From contig DATNEQ010000021.1 of the NCBI GenBank assembly GCA_035552915.1, forward strand, positions 7,031-71,030: a DNA stretch of 64,000 nt. Direction: 5' to 3'. Below, piece after piece: positions 49,636-60,408 of the stretch. The notes beneath the pieces were generated by a model. The model searched no databases and was not told where the DNA came from. It worked only from the letters and a program-made list of their open reading frames with translations. This DNA is from Rhodanobacteraceae bacterium (lineage in GTDB: Bacteria > Pseudomonadota > Gammaproteobacteria > Xanthomonadales > Rhodanobacteraceae). Both the position numbers and the translations under genes were made by a program. How positions within the stretch are numbered: the first letter of the stretch is position 1; every line of letters begins with the position of its first letter.

Positions 49636-51483
49636 TCACGCCGCCTGCCGCGAGGCCTTCTTGCGGTCGCTTTCGGTGAGGTGCTTCTTGCGCAGGCGGA
49701 TCTGCTTGGGCGTGACCTCGACCAGTTCGTCGTCGTCGATGAACTCCAGCGCCTGTTCCAGCGACAGCCGCACCGGCGGTACCAGCGCCAGCGCATCGTC
49801 CTTGCCGGAGGCGCGCACGTTGGTCAGTTGCTTGGCGCGCAAGGCGTTCACCGTGAGGTCGTTGTCCTTGGCATGGATGCCGACCAGTTGGCCTTCATAG
49901 ATTTCCACGCCGGCATCGATCAGCATCCGGCCACGATCCTGCAACCCCCATAACGCATATGCGGGTGCCGGGCCGGTACCGTTGGAAATCATCACGCCGT
50001 TCTGGCGCTTGCCGATGAAGCCTTCCGCGCGCGGGCCGTAGTTATCGAACACGTGGAACAGCAGTCCGGTGCCGGCGGTGAGCGTGCGGAATTCGGTCTG
50101 GAAACCGATCAGTCCGCGTGCGGGGATCAGATATTCCATCCGCACGCGGCCGCGGCCGTCCGGTTCCATGTTTTTCAATTGGCCCTTGCGCGTGCCAAGG
50201 CGTTCCATCACGCCGCCCTGGTAGGGCTCTTCCAGGTCCACGACCAGTTGTTCGTAAGGTTCCTGCAACACGCCATCGATTTCGCGCACGATCACTTCCG
50301 GGCGCGATACGGCGAGTTCGTAACCCTCGCGGCGCATGGTTTCGATCAGGATCGACAAATGCAATTCGCCGCGACCGGAAACCTTGAACTTGTCCGGGTC
50401 TTCGGTTTCCTCGAGTTTCAGCGCGACGTTGTGCAGCGTTTCGCGCATCAGGCGTTCGCGGATCTGGCGCGAGGTGAGGAAGCGGCCGCCGCTCTGGTCC
50501 TTCTTGCCGGCGAACGGCGAGTTGTTGACCTGGAAGGTCATGCTGATGGTGGGTTCGTCCACGGTCAGGGCAGGCAACGCCTCCGGCTGCGCCGGATCGC
50601 AGATGGTGTCGGAGATGCCGAGGCTCTCGATGCCGGAAATCGCGATGATGTCGCCGGCTTGTGCTTCCGGCACTTCGCGGCGCTCAAGGCCCATGAAGCC
50701 GAGCACCTGCAGGATCTTGCCGCTGCGCTTCTTGCCTTCGCGATCGACGATCGCCACCGGCATGTTGGTGCGCACCTTGCCGCGCTGCACGCGACCCACG
50801 CCGATGATGCCGACGTAGCTGTTGTAGTCGAGCGAGGACACACGCATCTGGAACGGGCCATCCGGATCGACCTGCGGCGCGGCGACGTGTTTCACGATCG
50901 CCTCGAACAGCGGCGTCATGTCGCCGTCGCGGACACCGGGCGTCAAACCGGCGTAGCCCTGCAGCGCGGAGGCGTACACCACCGGAAAGTCGAGTTGCTC
51001 CTCGTTGGCGCCGAGCCGGTCGAACAGATCGAAGGTCTGGTTGAGCACCCAGTCCGGGCGCGCGCCGGGGCGGTCGATCTTGTTGATCACCACGATCGGC
51101 TTGAAGCCCATGCGAAACGCCTTTTGCGTGACGAAGCGCGTTTGCGGCATCGGGCCGTCCATCGCGTCCACCAGCAACAGTACCGAGTCGACCATCGACA
51201 GCACCCGTTCGACTTCGCCGCCGAAATCGGCGTGGCCCGGCGTGTCGACAATGTTGATGCGCCAGTTCTCGCCACGCGGATCGTTCCAGCGGATGGCGGT
51301 GTTCTTGGAAAGAATGGTGATGCCGCGCTCGCGTTCCAGGTCGTTGCTGTCCATTACGCGGTCAGGCACCACCGCGCGTTCCGACAGGGTGCCGGACTGC
51401 TTCAGCAGCTGATCGACCAGGGTGGTCTTGCCGTGGTCGACGTGGGCGACGATGGCGATGTTGCGCAGGTTCTGGATGGACAT
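49636..51483 (-). CDS. typA: translational GTPase TypA/BipA
   Basis: Start moved to [24 protein letters not shown]. Contains [12 protein letters not shown] and NKID. About 615 aa. Confidence 0.93.
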   Translation of the reverse strand: MSIQNLRNIAIVAHVDHGKTTLVDQLLKQSGTLSERAVVPDRVMDSNDLERERGITILSKNTAIRWNDPRGENWRINIVDTPGHADFGGEVERVLSMVDSVLLLVDAMDGPMPQTRFVTQKAFRMGFKPIVVINKIDRPGARPDWVLNQTFDLFDRLGANEEQLDFPVVYASALQGYAGLTPGVRDGDMTPLFEAIVKHVAAPQVDPDGPFQMRVSSLDYNSYVGIIGVGRVQRGKVRTNMPVAIVDREGKKRSGKILQVLGFMGLERREVPEAQAGDIIAISGIESLGISDTICDPAQPEALPALTVDEPTISMTFQVNNSPFAGKKDQSGGRFLTSRQIRERLMRETLHNVALKLEETEDPDKFKVSGRGELHLSILIETMRREGYELAVSRPEVIVREIDGVLQEPYEQLVVDLEEPYQGGVMERLGTRKGQLKNMEPDGRGRVRMEYLIPARGLIGFQTEFRTLTAGTGLLFHVFDNYGPRAEGFIGKRQNGVMISNGTGPAPAYALWGLQDRGRMLIDAGVEIYEGQLVGIHAKDNDLTVNALRAKQLTNVRASGKDDALALVPPVRLSLEQALEFIDDDELVEVTPKQIRLRKKHLTESDRKKASRQAA

Positions 51484-51525
51484 GGATGCACGCGGAAGCG
51501 GCCGCGGCTTGGCGGCCATTGGTCT

Positions 51526-51562
51526 GGAGAAAAAAGAAGCGGCCCGTCGAATCCTTGGCCGC
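51526..51562 (-). terminator. terminator-like hairpin plus T-run inside the typA 5-prime leader (possible attenuator)
   Basis: The minus strand reads GCGGCC-AAGGATTCGACG-GGCCGC-TTCTTTTTTCTCC, ending 42 nt upstream of the typA ATG. A TATACT -10-like hexamer lies at 51582..51577. Confidence 0.3.
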
Positions 51563-51656
51563 CGTAGCTGGGGCCAAGTATACCCGCGCATCGGCGGCGG
51601 CGCCCGACCGAGGTAACGGCCTGTTAAGCTTGCCGTTTGCCTGAGCGAGATGCGCC

Positions 51657-52169
<513 letters not shown>

Positions 52170-52191
52170 AATCCGCGCTGGGACCTGAAGG

Positions 52192-52217
52192 AAAAGGCCG
52201 CCGGATGGCGGCCTTTT
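52192..52217. terminator. bidirectional rho-independent terminator between the PPIase and GlsB/YeaQ-family genes
   Basis: AAAAGGCCGCC-GGAT-GGCGGCCTTTT. The A-run and T-run allow it to function on both strands, between convergent genes. Confidence 0.72.
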
Positions 52218-52250
52218 CCTTTGCGCGGGAATCGTTGTCGGAACTCGTTG

Positions 52251-52511
52251 TCAGAACTGGATGCCGGTGACGCGCAAGACCCAGATCAGGATGATCGCGC
52301 CGATGATGGAAAGGATGATGCCGGCCGGATGGAACGGCGTCCCCGCGGGCGGACGGTTGAACAGGCGCGCGATCAGGCCGCCGATGACCGACCCGACGAT
52401 GCCGACGACGATGGTCATCAGGATTCCCATCGGTACCGCGCCCGGGAAAAAGAAGCGGGCGAGCAAGCCGACGATGAAGCCGATGATGATGTACCAGATG
52501 ATGTGCAGCAT
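52251..52511 (-). CDS. GlsB/YeaQ/YmgE family stress-response membrane protein
   Basis: Start moved to MLHIIWYIIIGFIVGLLARF. 86 aa with three Gly-rich TM segments. Confidence 0.8.
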   Translation of the reverse strand: MLHIIWYIIIGFIVGLLARFFFPGAVPMGILMTIVVGIVGSVIGGLIARLFNRPPAGTPFHPAGIILSIIGAIILIWVLRVTGIQF

Positions 52512-52648
52512 GGTGGTCTCCCGATCGTTGCGAAAAGGACTGTTCACCGCGGCGCTGCACGCGGGCCTGTCGATCCGGTGCGTGGCAGCGCCCGCACTGT
52601 AGACCTCGTGGCGGATCGGCACAATGCGTCCGGGCATGTGTCGCGGCA

Positions 52649-52657
52649 TGCTAAAAT
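52649..52657 (+). promoter_or_regulatory. candidate extended -10 element (TGcTAAAAT) for the aminotransferase gene
   Basis: TGCTAAAAT lies 37 nt upstream of the ATG at 52694 and is followed by a GC-rich CGCGCGG discriminator-like segment. Confidence 0.35.
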
Positions 52658-52693
52658 CGCGCGGTTTTTCGCCTGCCGATCATCGAGGACTCC

Positions 52694-53893
52694 ATGCTCA
52701 AACTCGCCGCGCGAATGGGCCGCGCCAAGCCCAGCGCGATCATGCTGATCGCCGACAAGGCCAAGCAACTGAAGGCGGCAGGGCGCGACATCGTCAACTT
52801 CTCGATAGGCGTGCCGAATTTCCTGCCGGGCGAGCATGTGTACGCCGCGGTGCGCGAGGCGCTGCAACAGGACAGCGGCGCGTACGGTTCCAATCGCGGT
52901 CGCGACGACCTGCTGGACGCGTTCCTGGCGCATATGCACGAGATCGGGCTGGACGGCTACGCGCGTGCCAACGTCGCGGTCGGCATCGGCGCCAAGCAGG
53001 TGCTGTACAACCTGTGCGAGGCGTTGCTGGACGAAGGTGACGAGATCGTGTTCCCGACGCCGTACTGGACGTCGTATCTCGACATCGCGGAAATCCTCGG
53101 CGCGAAGATCACGTTGCTGCCGTGCCCGCCGGAGCAGAACTACAAGCTCACGCCCGCGCAGCTCGATCGCGCGCTGGCTGCTAAGCCGAAAGTCTTCCTG
53201 TTCAACAACCCGTCCAATCCGACCGGCATGGTGTACACGCGCGACGAGATCTCCGCGCTGGCGGACGTGCTGGCAAGGCACCCGGATACCTGGATCATCA
53301 CCGACGACATCTACAACCGCATGGTGTTCGACGGCGTCGGCTATCACAACTTCGTGCAGTTCAAGCCGGAATTGCGCGAACGCGTGGCAATCGTGGATTC
53401 GCTTTCCAAGACCTACGGCATGCCGGGTTGGCGTGTCGGCTTCGTGGCGGGGCCTCCGGCGATCGCCGATGCGATGGTCACGCTCAACTCCAACCACATC
53501 ACCAATATCCCCGAGATCGTCACGGCCGCGGCGGTCGCCGCACTGACGGGCCCGCAGGACATCACCCGCGAGAAGTGCGGGGAGTTCTCGCGCCGCCGCG
53601 ACCAGGTGCTGGAAGCGCTGCTGTCGATTCCCGGCGTGCGTTGCCCGCGGCCGCAGGGTGCGTTCTATGCGTTCCCGGACGTTTCCGTCGCCTACGGCAA
53701 ATCGCACGGCGGCAGACGCATCGGCAACGACGTGGATTTCTGCGCGGCGTTGCTGGAAACGAAGGGCGTCGCCTGCGTCCCCGGTTCCGCGTTCGGCGAA
53801 CCGCGTGCGTTGCGCATTTCCTATACCTGCCCGGCCGCGCAACTGCCGACCGGCCTGCAGCGGATCAAGGAATTCTTTGCCGAATTGCAGTGA
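52694..53893 (+). CDS. class I/II PLP-dependent aminotransferase (aspartate aminotransferase-like)
   Basis: 399 aa. NPSNPTG, SLSKTYGMPGWRVG (PLP-lysine motif), LRISY. Confidence 0.88.
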   Translation: MLKLAARMGRAKPSAIMLIADKAKQLKAAGRDIVNFSIGVPNFLPGEHVYAAVREALQQDSGAYGSNRGRDDLLDAFLAHMHEIGLDGYARANVAVGIGAKQVLYNLCEALLDEGDEIVFPTPYWTSYLDIAEILGAKITLLPCPPEQNYKLTPAQLDRALAAKPKVFLFNNPSNPTGMVYTRDEISALADVLARHPDTWIITDDIYNRMVFDGVGYHNFVQFKPELRERVAIVDSLSKTYGMPGWRVGFVAGPPAIADAMVTLNSNHITNIPEIVTAAAVAALTGPQDITREKCGEFSRRRDQVLEALLSIPGVRCPRPQGAFYAFPDVSVAYGKSHGGRRIGNDVDFCAALLETKGVACVPGSAFGEPRALRISYTCPAAQLPTGLQRIKEFFAELQ

Positions 53894-53987
53894 GCGCGCG
53901 TTCGCTTCGCGTGCGATGCCTCCGCTCTTGTCGCGCGTTCCGGCGCGCGTGATTGAACCCTGAAGCATCCATTTGAGGAATCCGAAG

Positions 53988-54971
53988 ATGAAAGCACCCG
54001 TCCGCATCGCCGTCACCGGCGCCGCCGGCCAGATCGGTTACGCGCTGCTGTTCCGCATCGCCGCCGGCGACATGCTGGGCAAGGACCAGCCGGTGATCCT
54101 GCACCTGCTCGAAATCACGCCCGCGCTGCCCGCGCTGCAGGGCGTGGTGATGGAACTCGACGACTGCGCGTTTCCGCTGCTCGCGGGCGTGGTCGCCACC
54201 GACGACGCCAACGTCGCATTCAAGGATATCGACTACGCACTGCTGGTCGGCGCGCGCCCACGCGGGCCCGGCATGGAGCGCAAGGATCTGCTCTCCGCCA
54301 ATGGCGCGATCTTCGGCCCGCAGGGCAAGGCGCTGAACGCGCACGCGCGACGCGACGTGAAGGTGCTCGTCGTCGGCAACCCCGCCAACACCAATGCGTT
54401 GATCGCGCAGGCCAACGCACCGGACCTGTCGCCGCACTGCTTCAGCGCGATGGTGCGACTGGACCACAATCGCGCGATGGCGCAACTCGCGCAGAAGACC
54501 GGAACGCACGTCAACGACGTCAAGCGCATGATCATCTGGGGCAATCATTCGTCCACGCAGTACCCGGACATCCACCATGCCACGGTGAAAGGCGCCGCCG
54601 CGACCTCGCTGGTGGATCAGGCGTGGTACGAGAACGACTTCATCCCGACCGTGCAGCAGCGCGGCGCGGCGATCATCAAGGCTCGCGGCGCGTCGTCGGC
54701 CGCATCCGCCGCGTCGGCCGCGATCGACCACATGCGCACGTGGGCGCTCGGCACTGCCGAGGGTGACTGGGCTTCGATGGGCATTCCGTCCGACGGTTCC
54801 TACGGCATCGAGCCCGGCGTGATCTACGGTTATCCGGTGAGCTGCGGCAACGGCAAATGCGAGATCGTGCAGGGACTGGATATCGACGCTTTCTCCCGTT
54901 CGCGCATGGACGCCACCGAAAAGGAACTGCGCGAGGAACGCGCCGCGATCGAGCACCTGCTCGCGGGCTGA
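53988..54971 (+). CDS. mdh: malate dehydrogenase (LDH-like type 2 MDH)
   Basis: Start moved to [27 protein letters not shown] with GAGGAA 8 nt upstream. Contains [15 protein letters not shown] and [12 protein letters not shown]. Confidence 0.93.
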   Translation: MKAPVRIAVTGAAGQIGYALLFRIAAGDMLGKDQPVILHLLEITPALPALQGVVMELDDCAFPLLAGVVATDDANVAFKDIDYALLVGARPRGPGMERKDLLSANGAIFGPQGKALNAHARRDVKVLVVGNPANTNALIAQANAPDLSPHCFSAMVRLDHNRAMAQLAQKTGTHVNDVKRMIIWGNHSSTQYPDIHHATVKGAAATSLVDQAWYENDFIPTVQQRGAAIIKARGASSAASAASAAIDHMRTWALGTAEGDWASMGIPSDGSYGIEPGVIYGYPVSCGNGKCEIVQGLDIDAFSRSRMDATEKELREERAAIEHLLAG

Positions 54972-54993
54972 GGGCACAGCGCCACCCGTTGCG

Positions 54994-55021
54994 AAAGGGG
55001 TGGCGGCAACGCCGCCCCTTT
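54994..55021 (+). terminator. hairpin after mdh; weak intrinsic terminator
   Basis: AAAGGGGTGGCG-GCAA-CGCCGCCCCTTT (12 bp, one G-U pair). It shares 54998-55005 with an alternative hairpin, CGCCACCC(54980-54987)/GGGTGGCG. Confidence 0.4.
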
Positions 55022-55124
55022 CATGTCCGCGGCTCCATCATCCCGTCTGGCAATCCGCGTCGCGCGTGTCAAAATGCCGCCGCGGGCGGGGAAGATTTCG
55101 CGTTTCCGTGCACGGGGCGCAGCG

Positions 55125-56954
55125 ATGGCCGAATCGGGAATCTGGCGCGAACTGAAGCAGCGTCACGTCTATCGCGTGGCGGCGGCGTATGTCGTCGTCG
55201 GCTGGCTGATCATCCAGGTCGTCGCGATCATCTTTCCGCTGCTGCAATTCCCGGACAGGCTGTCGCGCCTGATCGTGGTGCTGGTGCTGGCGGGATTCCC
55301 GGTCGCGCTGGTACTGGCGTGGGCTTTCGAGGCGTCGCGTTCCGGGTTGCCGGTCTCCGCGAGCACGCGGCGCCGTTCCTTGCGCATCGGCATCGCATTG
55401 GGGCTTGCCGGCGCGCTGCTGGCCGTGATCGTGGATGGTGTGTGGTCGTGGCTGATGCCGCCGACGCCGCGCGCGCACGAGCATGCGCTTGCGACGAAGC
55501 CAGATCATGCCGATGATTCTTCCGCGGTCTCTGCGCCGATCCCGGTCAATCCGAAGTCGATCGCGGTGCTGCCGCTGGGCGTGGTCGGGCCGCCGGGCAA
55601 CGAGTACCTGGGGCAGGGCATCAGCGATGAATTGCTCAACGCGCTGTCGCGCATCAACGGCCTGGAAGTGATCGGGCGCATTTCGTCGTTCCGCTTCAAG
55701 GACAGCAATCTCGGCGCGACAGAAATCGGCCGGCAACTCGGCGTGCGCAATCTGCTCTACGGAGTGGTGCAGCGTTCCGGGGACGACCTTCGCATCGATG
55801 TCGAGCTCGACGACACCGTCACCGGCGCGAAGCTCTGGTCGAACCAGTACGACGAGAAGATGGAAGGGCTGTTCGCGCTGGAAGACAGGATTTCCACGGC
55901 CGTCGTTGCGGCGTTGCAGGTCAAGCTCGGCAGCATCGACGCGCAGCAGCTGGTGTTCGAAGGCACCGGCAACGCGCAGGCGCACGACCTGTTCATGCAG
56001 GCTTCGCGGCTGTCGTGGCGTACCGACGAGGCGAGCCTGCGGCAGGCGCTGATCCTGTTCGGACAGGCGATTGCGGAAGACCCGAATTACGCCGCGGCGT
56101 GGGCCGGCATCGCGCGCACTTATGTCTATCTCGCGGACGTCTACAGCGCGCCGCTGGGCGTGCTGCCGTCCATGCGCGGCGCGGCGCAGAAATCGATCGC
56201 GTTGAATCCACAACTGGCGGAAGGCCACCTGCAGCTCGGCTACATCCTGATGAGCTACGACCTGGATTATCCGGCGGCGCGCAGGGAACTGGAACTGGCC
56301 GTGCAACTGCGGCCGGGCCTGGCGGAAGCGCACGCCGTGCTCGGTTTGTATCGCATGCGCATCGACCAGGACATCGCCGCGGGGCGCAGGGAATTGCAGG
56401 TCGCGGAAAAACTGGATCCGCTGAATCCCTGGTATCCGCGCTGGGAGGCTTATGGCGTGATCGCACAGGGCGACGAGCGTGCGGCGATGGATCTTGCCGC
56501 GCGGATCGACCGGCTGGATCCCGCGTTTGCCTACAACGGCGACGCGGTGGCGATGGTGCTGGGCGCATTCGGCCACTGGCAGGCATGCGTGGATCGTTAC
56601 ATCAGGGAACATGCGCGCATGAGCCAGTCCAGCCCGCAACTGGCGATCTGCCAGGCGCACGCGGGTGATGCGGCGCAAGCCCGCGCGACCGTGCAACGCC
56701 TCGAAACGGAGGCGCAACAGCATTACGTCGACCGCACCTACATCGCGGGAGTCCAGGCCGCGCTTGGCGACAAGGATGGGGCGATGGCGAGCCTCGAACA
56801 GGCGCGGCAGGATCGCTCCTCGCACATGCCCAGCCTCTGGATGAATGCCTGGTATCGCCCGCTGCACGACGATCCGCGTTACCAGGCATTGATCGCGGGT
56901 ATCCGGCAAGGCGCTGCCGCACCGCCTGCCGCCGCAGGAAGCGGCGCGCACTGA
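55125..56954 (+). CDS. membrane-anchored TolB-N-like domain plus TPR protein (paralog 3, divergent)
   Basis: Start moved to [22 protein letters not shown]. Contains [48 protein letters not shown]...[10 protein letters not shown], then TPR-like repeats and C-terminal [15 protein letters not shown]. Confidence 0.8.
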   Translation: MAESGIWRELKQRHVYRVAAAYVVVGWLIIQVVAIIFPLLQFPDRLSRLIVVLVLAGFPVALVLAWAFEASRSGLPVSASTRRRSLRIGIALGLAGALLAVIVDGVWSWLMPPTPRAHEHALATKPDHADDSSAVSAPIPVNPKSIAVLPLGVVGPPGNEYLGQGISDELLNALSRINGLEVIGRISSFRFKDSNLGATEIGRQLGVRNLLYGVVQRSGDDLRIDVELDDTVTGAKLWSNQYDEKMEGLFALEDRISTAVVAALQVKLGSIDAQQLVFEGTGNAQAHDLFMQASRLSWRTDEASLRQALILFGQAIAEDPNYAAAWAGIARTYVYLADVYSAPLGVLPSMRGAAQKSIALNPQLAEGHLQLGYILMSYDLDYPAARRELELAVQLRPGLAEAHAVLGLYRMRIDQDIAAGRRELQVAEKLDPLNPWYPRWEAYGVIAQGDERAAMDLAARIDRLDPAFAYNGDAVAMVLGAFGHWQACVDRYIREHARMSQSSPQLAICQAHAGDAAQARATVQRLETEAQQHYVDRTYIAGVQAALGDKDGAMASLEQARQDRSSHMPSLWMNAWYRPLHDDPRYQALIAGIRQGAAAPPAAAGSGAH

Positions 56955-57013
56955 TCGCGCCGGCGAGCTTCACCTGCAGATGGGTTAAAATCGCGCTTTT
57001 GCCGGAGTGCCGC

Positions 57014-57904
57014 ATGAGCGCATCTCCTTCCGCGGGCGCACGCTTCCGCGCCGCGCTCGCCGCAGAATCTCCGTTGCAGGTCGTCGGCGCCATCACGGCT
57101 TACGCCGGATTGATGGCGAAGCGCACCGGCTACAAGGCGCTGTATCTCTCCGGAGGCGGCGTCGCTGCCAATTCGCTGGGCATGCCGGACCTCGGCATCA
57201 GCACGATGGAAGACGTGCTCACCGATGCCCGCCGCATCGCCGAGGCGACGCAGTTGCCATTGCTGGTCGACATCGACACCGGCTGGGGCGGCGCTTTCAA
57301 CATCGCGCGCAGCATCCGTGCGTTCGAGCGCGTCGGCGTGGCCGCCGTGCACATGGAAGACCAGGTCGGACAAAAACGTTGTGGGCATCGTCCCGGCAAG
57401 GAAGTGGTGCCGAAGGAGGAGATGGTCGATCGCGTGAAAGCCGCGGTCGATGCAAAGACCGACAGGGATTTCGTGCTGATGGCGCGCACCGATGCCGCCG
57501 CGGTGGAGGGTATCGACAGCGCGATCGAGCGTGCGGTGGCCTACGTCGAAGCCGGCGCCGACATGATCTTCCCGGAAGCGATGAAATCGCTGGACGATTA
57601 CCGCAAGTTCAAGGCGGCGGTGAAGGTGCCGATCCTCGCCAACCTCACCGAATTCGGATCGACGCCGTTCTTCACCGTCGACGAATTGCGTTCCGCGAAC
57701 GTCGACATTGCGCTGTACTGCTGCGGCGCGTATCGCGCGATGAACAAGGCCGCGCTCGGTTTCTACGAGACCGTGCGCCGCGACGGCACGCAAAAGTCGT
57801 ACGTGCCGCAGATGCAGACGCGCGAAGAGCTGTACGACTTCCTGGGCTACCACGCCTACGAAGACAAGCTCGACGAGTTGTTCGCGGAGGGCAGGACGGA
57901 ATGA
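57014..57904 (+). CDS. prpB: methylisocitrate lyase
   Basis: Start moved to MSASPSAG. Contains [18 protein letters not shown] and [18 protein letters not shown] (the KRCGH catalytic loop). Confidence 0.92.
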   Translation: MSASPSAGARFRAALAAESPLQVVGAITAYAGLMAKRTGYKALYLSGGGVAANSLGMPDLGISTMEDVLTDARRIAEATQLPLLVDIDTGWGGAFNIARSIRAFERVGVAAVHMEDQVGQKRCGHRPGKEVVPKEEMVDRVKAAVDAKTDRDFVLMARTDAAAVEGIDSAIERAVAYVEAGADMIFPEAMKSLDDYRKFKAAVKVPILANLTEFGSTPFFTVDELRSANVDIALYCCGAYRAMNKAALGFYETVRRDGTQKSYVPQMQTREELYDFLGYHAYEDKLDELFAEGRTE

Positions 57905-58503
57905 GCGGCGGGCCGTACGCGCCGCCGGAGCGGGATGCGGCGAGCGGGCGCATGCGCGCAAGCGGTATCCGCTGGGACGCAGTGGCGGCGATCATTGCTT
58001 CGTTGGTCGGGTTGCTGGCGCTGCTGGTCGCGGGTTACACGGCTTACATCCAGCGCCAGCAGGTGCGCGCGCAGGTGTGGCCTTATCTATTGATGGGCAA
58101 GAGCAACGTCAACGGACACTATGAACTCGAAGCTTTCAACAAGGGTGTGGGGCCGGTCATCGTGCAGAGTGTGCAGGTATCAATCGGACTCCAACCGGTG
58201 GCAAGCTGGAAGGATCTGGAACGCAGGATTGGGTTCAAGCCGGTGGGCGAGTCCGTGCAGAGCACGCTCAACGGCAGGGTGCTTGCGCCGGGTGAGCAGC
58301 TCAACTGGATTGCATTCCAGAATGCTTCGGACGTTGATGCTTTCGTGGAGGATTGGGAGAAATTCCGCGTCGAGGCGCGCGTGTGCTATTCATCCACGCT
58401 CGGAGAAAGTTGGTTGACGACTTATCACGGCGGCCCCCTGGAACGTCCGCTGCCCGTTTCGCATTGCCCGAAATTGCCGCAATCCGTGCAGTTTTCCGAT
58501 TGA
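57901..58503 (+). CDS. membrane-anchored protein of unknown family (paralog A) inside the prp operon
   Basis: Sub-ORF of track ORF 57007..58503. Its ATG overlaps the prpB stop (ATGA). One TM segment ([24 protein letters not shown]), then a roughly 140-aa domain with [19 protein letters not shown] and HCPKLP. Codon choice is atypical for this genome (CTA, TTG, TCA, GGA, CAA). Confidence 0.65.
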   Translation: MSGGPYAPPERDAASGRMRASGIRWDAVAAIIASLVGLLALLVAGYTAYIQRQQVRAQVWPYLLMGKSNVNGHYELEAFNKGVGPVIVQSVQVSIGLQPVASWKDLERRIGFKPVGESVQSTLNGRVLAPGEQLNWIAFQNASDVDAFVEDWEKFRVEARVCYSSTLGESWLTTYHGGPLERPLPVSHCPKLPQSVQFSD

Positions 58504-58507
58504 CCTC

Positions 58508-59131
58508 ATGCCATCCGCACAATCCGTCAACCCGAACGATCCCGTGCCGCCCCGCCTGCGGCGCGAAATCCGCTGGGACGCCATGGCCGCGATCATCGCG
58601 TCGCTGGTCGGGTTCCTGGCGCTGCTTGTCGCCGGCTACACCGCGTACATCGAACGCTACATCGCCGAGATCCAGACCAAACAAGTGCAGGCGCAGGTGT
58701 GGCCTTGGCTGGTGGCCGGCAACAACGACAACGAGCGTTCCATCGGAGTCCTCAACAAGGGCGTCGGCCCGGCGATCGTGCGCAGTGCGCAGGTTTTCGT
58801 GGACGGCAAATCGCAACCGGATTGGCAACACGTGCTCAAGGCTCTCGGCACGGTGCCGCATGAATATTCGCAATCGACGCTCACCCCCAACGTGCTGACA
58901 CCCGGCGAAAAAGTCCCTGCGATCCAGTTTGCGAACGAGGATGACTACAAGCGATTCAGGGCGGCCGCGGTCACGCACCTGACCCTGGTCAACATCTGTT
59001 ACTGCTCGACACTCGGCGAGTGCTGGATGTACAGCGACAAGCACGCGGTTGGTTACAAATCACTGGCGCAACTGGTGACGCCAATCGGTCAGTGTCCAAG
59101 GCTGCCCGACAACGCCATTTTCAACAACTGA
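58508..59131 (+). CDS. membrane-anchored protein of unknown family (paralog B) inside the prp operon
   Basis: 207 aa. Same architecture and shared blocks as paralog A ([61 protein letters not shown]). Starts 4 nt after the paralog A stop. Confidence 0.7.
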   Translation: MPSAQSVNPNDPVPPRLRREIRWDAMAAIIASLVGFLALLVAGYTAYIERYIAEIQTKQVQAQVWPWLVAGNNDNERSIGVLNKGVGPAIVRSAQVFVDGKSQPDWQHVLKALGTVPHEYSQSTLTPNVLTPGEKVPAIQFANEDDYKRFRAAAVTHLTLVNICYCSTLGECWMYSDKHAVGYKSLAQLVTPIGQCPRLPDNAIFNN

Positions 59132-59180
59132 CGGCGCGCGACGCGGCCGCTGCTGCATTGATTCGAAGACGGAGAGAACC

Positions 59181-60332
59181 ATGAGCGACAACGTACAGGC
59201 CCTTCCCAAGGCCAAGAAATCCGTGGCGCTGTCCGGCGTCGCCGCCGGCAACACGGCGCTGTGCACGGTCGGCCGCAGCGGCAACGACCTGCACTACCGC
59301 GGTTACGACATCCACGATCTGGCGACGAAAGCCACGTTCGAGGAAGTCGCGCACCTGCTGGTGCACGAAGTGTTGCCGACCCGCCGGGAATTGATCGCGT
59401 ATCGCGCGAAATTGCAACGCCTGCGCGGCTTGCCGCAACCGGTGAAGGCTGCGCTGGAACTGCTGCCCGCCGCGACCCATCCGATGGATGTGATGCGCAC
59501 GGCCTGTTCGGTGCTGGGCACGGTGCTGCCGGAAGCGCACGACCACAACGTCACCGGCGCGTGCGACATCGCCGACCGCATGATGGCGAGCTTCGGCTCG
59601 ATGCTGTTGTACTGGTACCACTGGTCGCACAACGGCCGCCGCATCGACACGGAAACCGACGACGACACCATTGCCGCGCATTTCCTGCACCTGCTGCACG
59701 GAAAGAAGCCGAGCGAGCTGCACGCCGACGCCCTGGACAAGTCGCTGATCCTCTACGCCGAGCACGAATTCAACGCCAGCACCTTCGCCGCGCGCGTGAT
59801 CGCCGGCACCGGCTCGGACATGTATTCGGCCATCACCGGCGCGATCGGTGCGCTGCGCGGTCCCAAGCACGGCGGTGCGAATGAAGTGGCGATGGAAATC
59901 ATCGGGCGCTATCGCAGCGCGGACGAGGCGGAGCAGGACATCCGCGCGCGCGTGGCCGCCAAGGAGATCGTGATCGGCTTCGGCCATCCGGTCTACACGA
60001 TCGGCGATCCGCGCAATCCGATCATCAAGGAGCTCTCGCGCAAGCTTTGCGGCGAAGGCGGCAACCCGCGCCTGTTCGACGTCTCCGAGCGGATCGAGAA
60101 CGTGATGATGGAGCTGAAGAAGATGTTCCCGAACCTCGACTGGTATTCGGCCAGTTCGTACCACATGATGGGCGTGCCCACCGCGATGTTCACGCCGCTG
60201 TTCGTGATCGCTCGCACGTCGGGCTGGAGCGCGCACGTGATCGAGCAACGCCAGGACGGCAAGATCATCCGCCCGAGCGCGAATTACACCGGTCCGGAAG
60301 ATCGCGCCTACGTGCCGATCGAGCAGCGATGA
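59181..60332 (+). CDS. prpC: 2-methylcitrate synthase
   Basis: 383 aa citrate-synthase fold. [47 protein letters not shown] lies 8 nt upstream of the ATG. Confidence 0.93.
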   Translation: MSDNVQALPKAKKSVALSGVAAGNTALCTVGRSGNDLHYRGYDIHDLATKATFEEVAHLLVHEVLPTRRELIAYRAKLQRLRGLPQPVKAALELLPAATHPMDVMRTACSVLGTVLPEAHDHNVTGACDIADRMMASFGSMLLYWYHWSHNGRRIDTETDDDTIAAHFLHLLHGKKPSELHADALDKSLILYAEHEFNASTFAARVIAGTGSDMYSAITGAIGALRGPKHGGANEVAMEIIGRYRSADEAEQDIRARVAAKEIVIGFGHPVYTIGDPRNPIIKELSRKLCGEGGNPRLFDVSERIENVMMELKKMFPNLDWYSASSYHMMGVPTAMFTPLFVIARTSGWSAHVIEQRQDGKIIRPSANYTGPEDRAYVPIEQR

Positions 60333-60357
60333 GCTTCGGCTCACCTTCCGCTGCACG

Positions 60358-60385
60358 AAAAAGGCCGCGAATATCGCGGCCTTTT
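60358..60385. terminator. bidirectional rho-independent terminator between prpC and the GST gene
   Basis: AAAAAGGCCGCGA-ATA-TCGCGGCCTTTT between convergent genes. Confidence 0.75.
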
Positions 60386-60408
60386 CTTGCGCAGCGGTGA
60401 ACCGGAAT

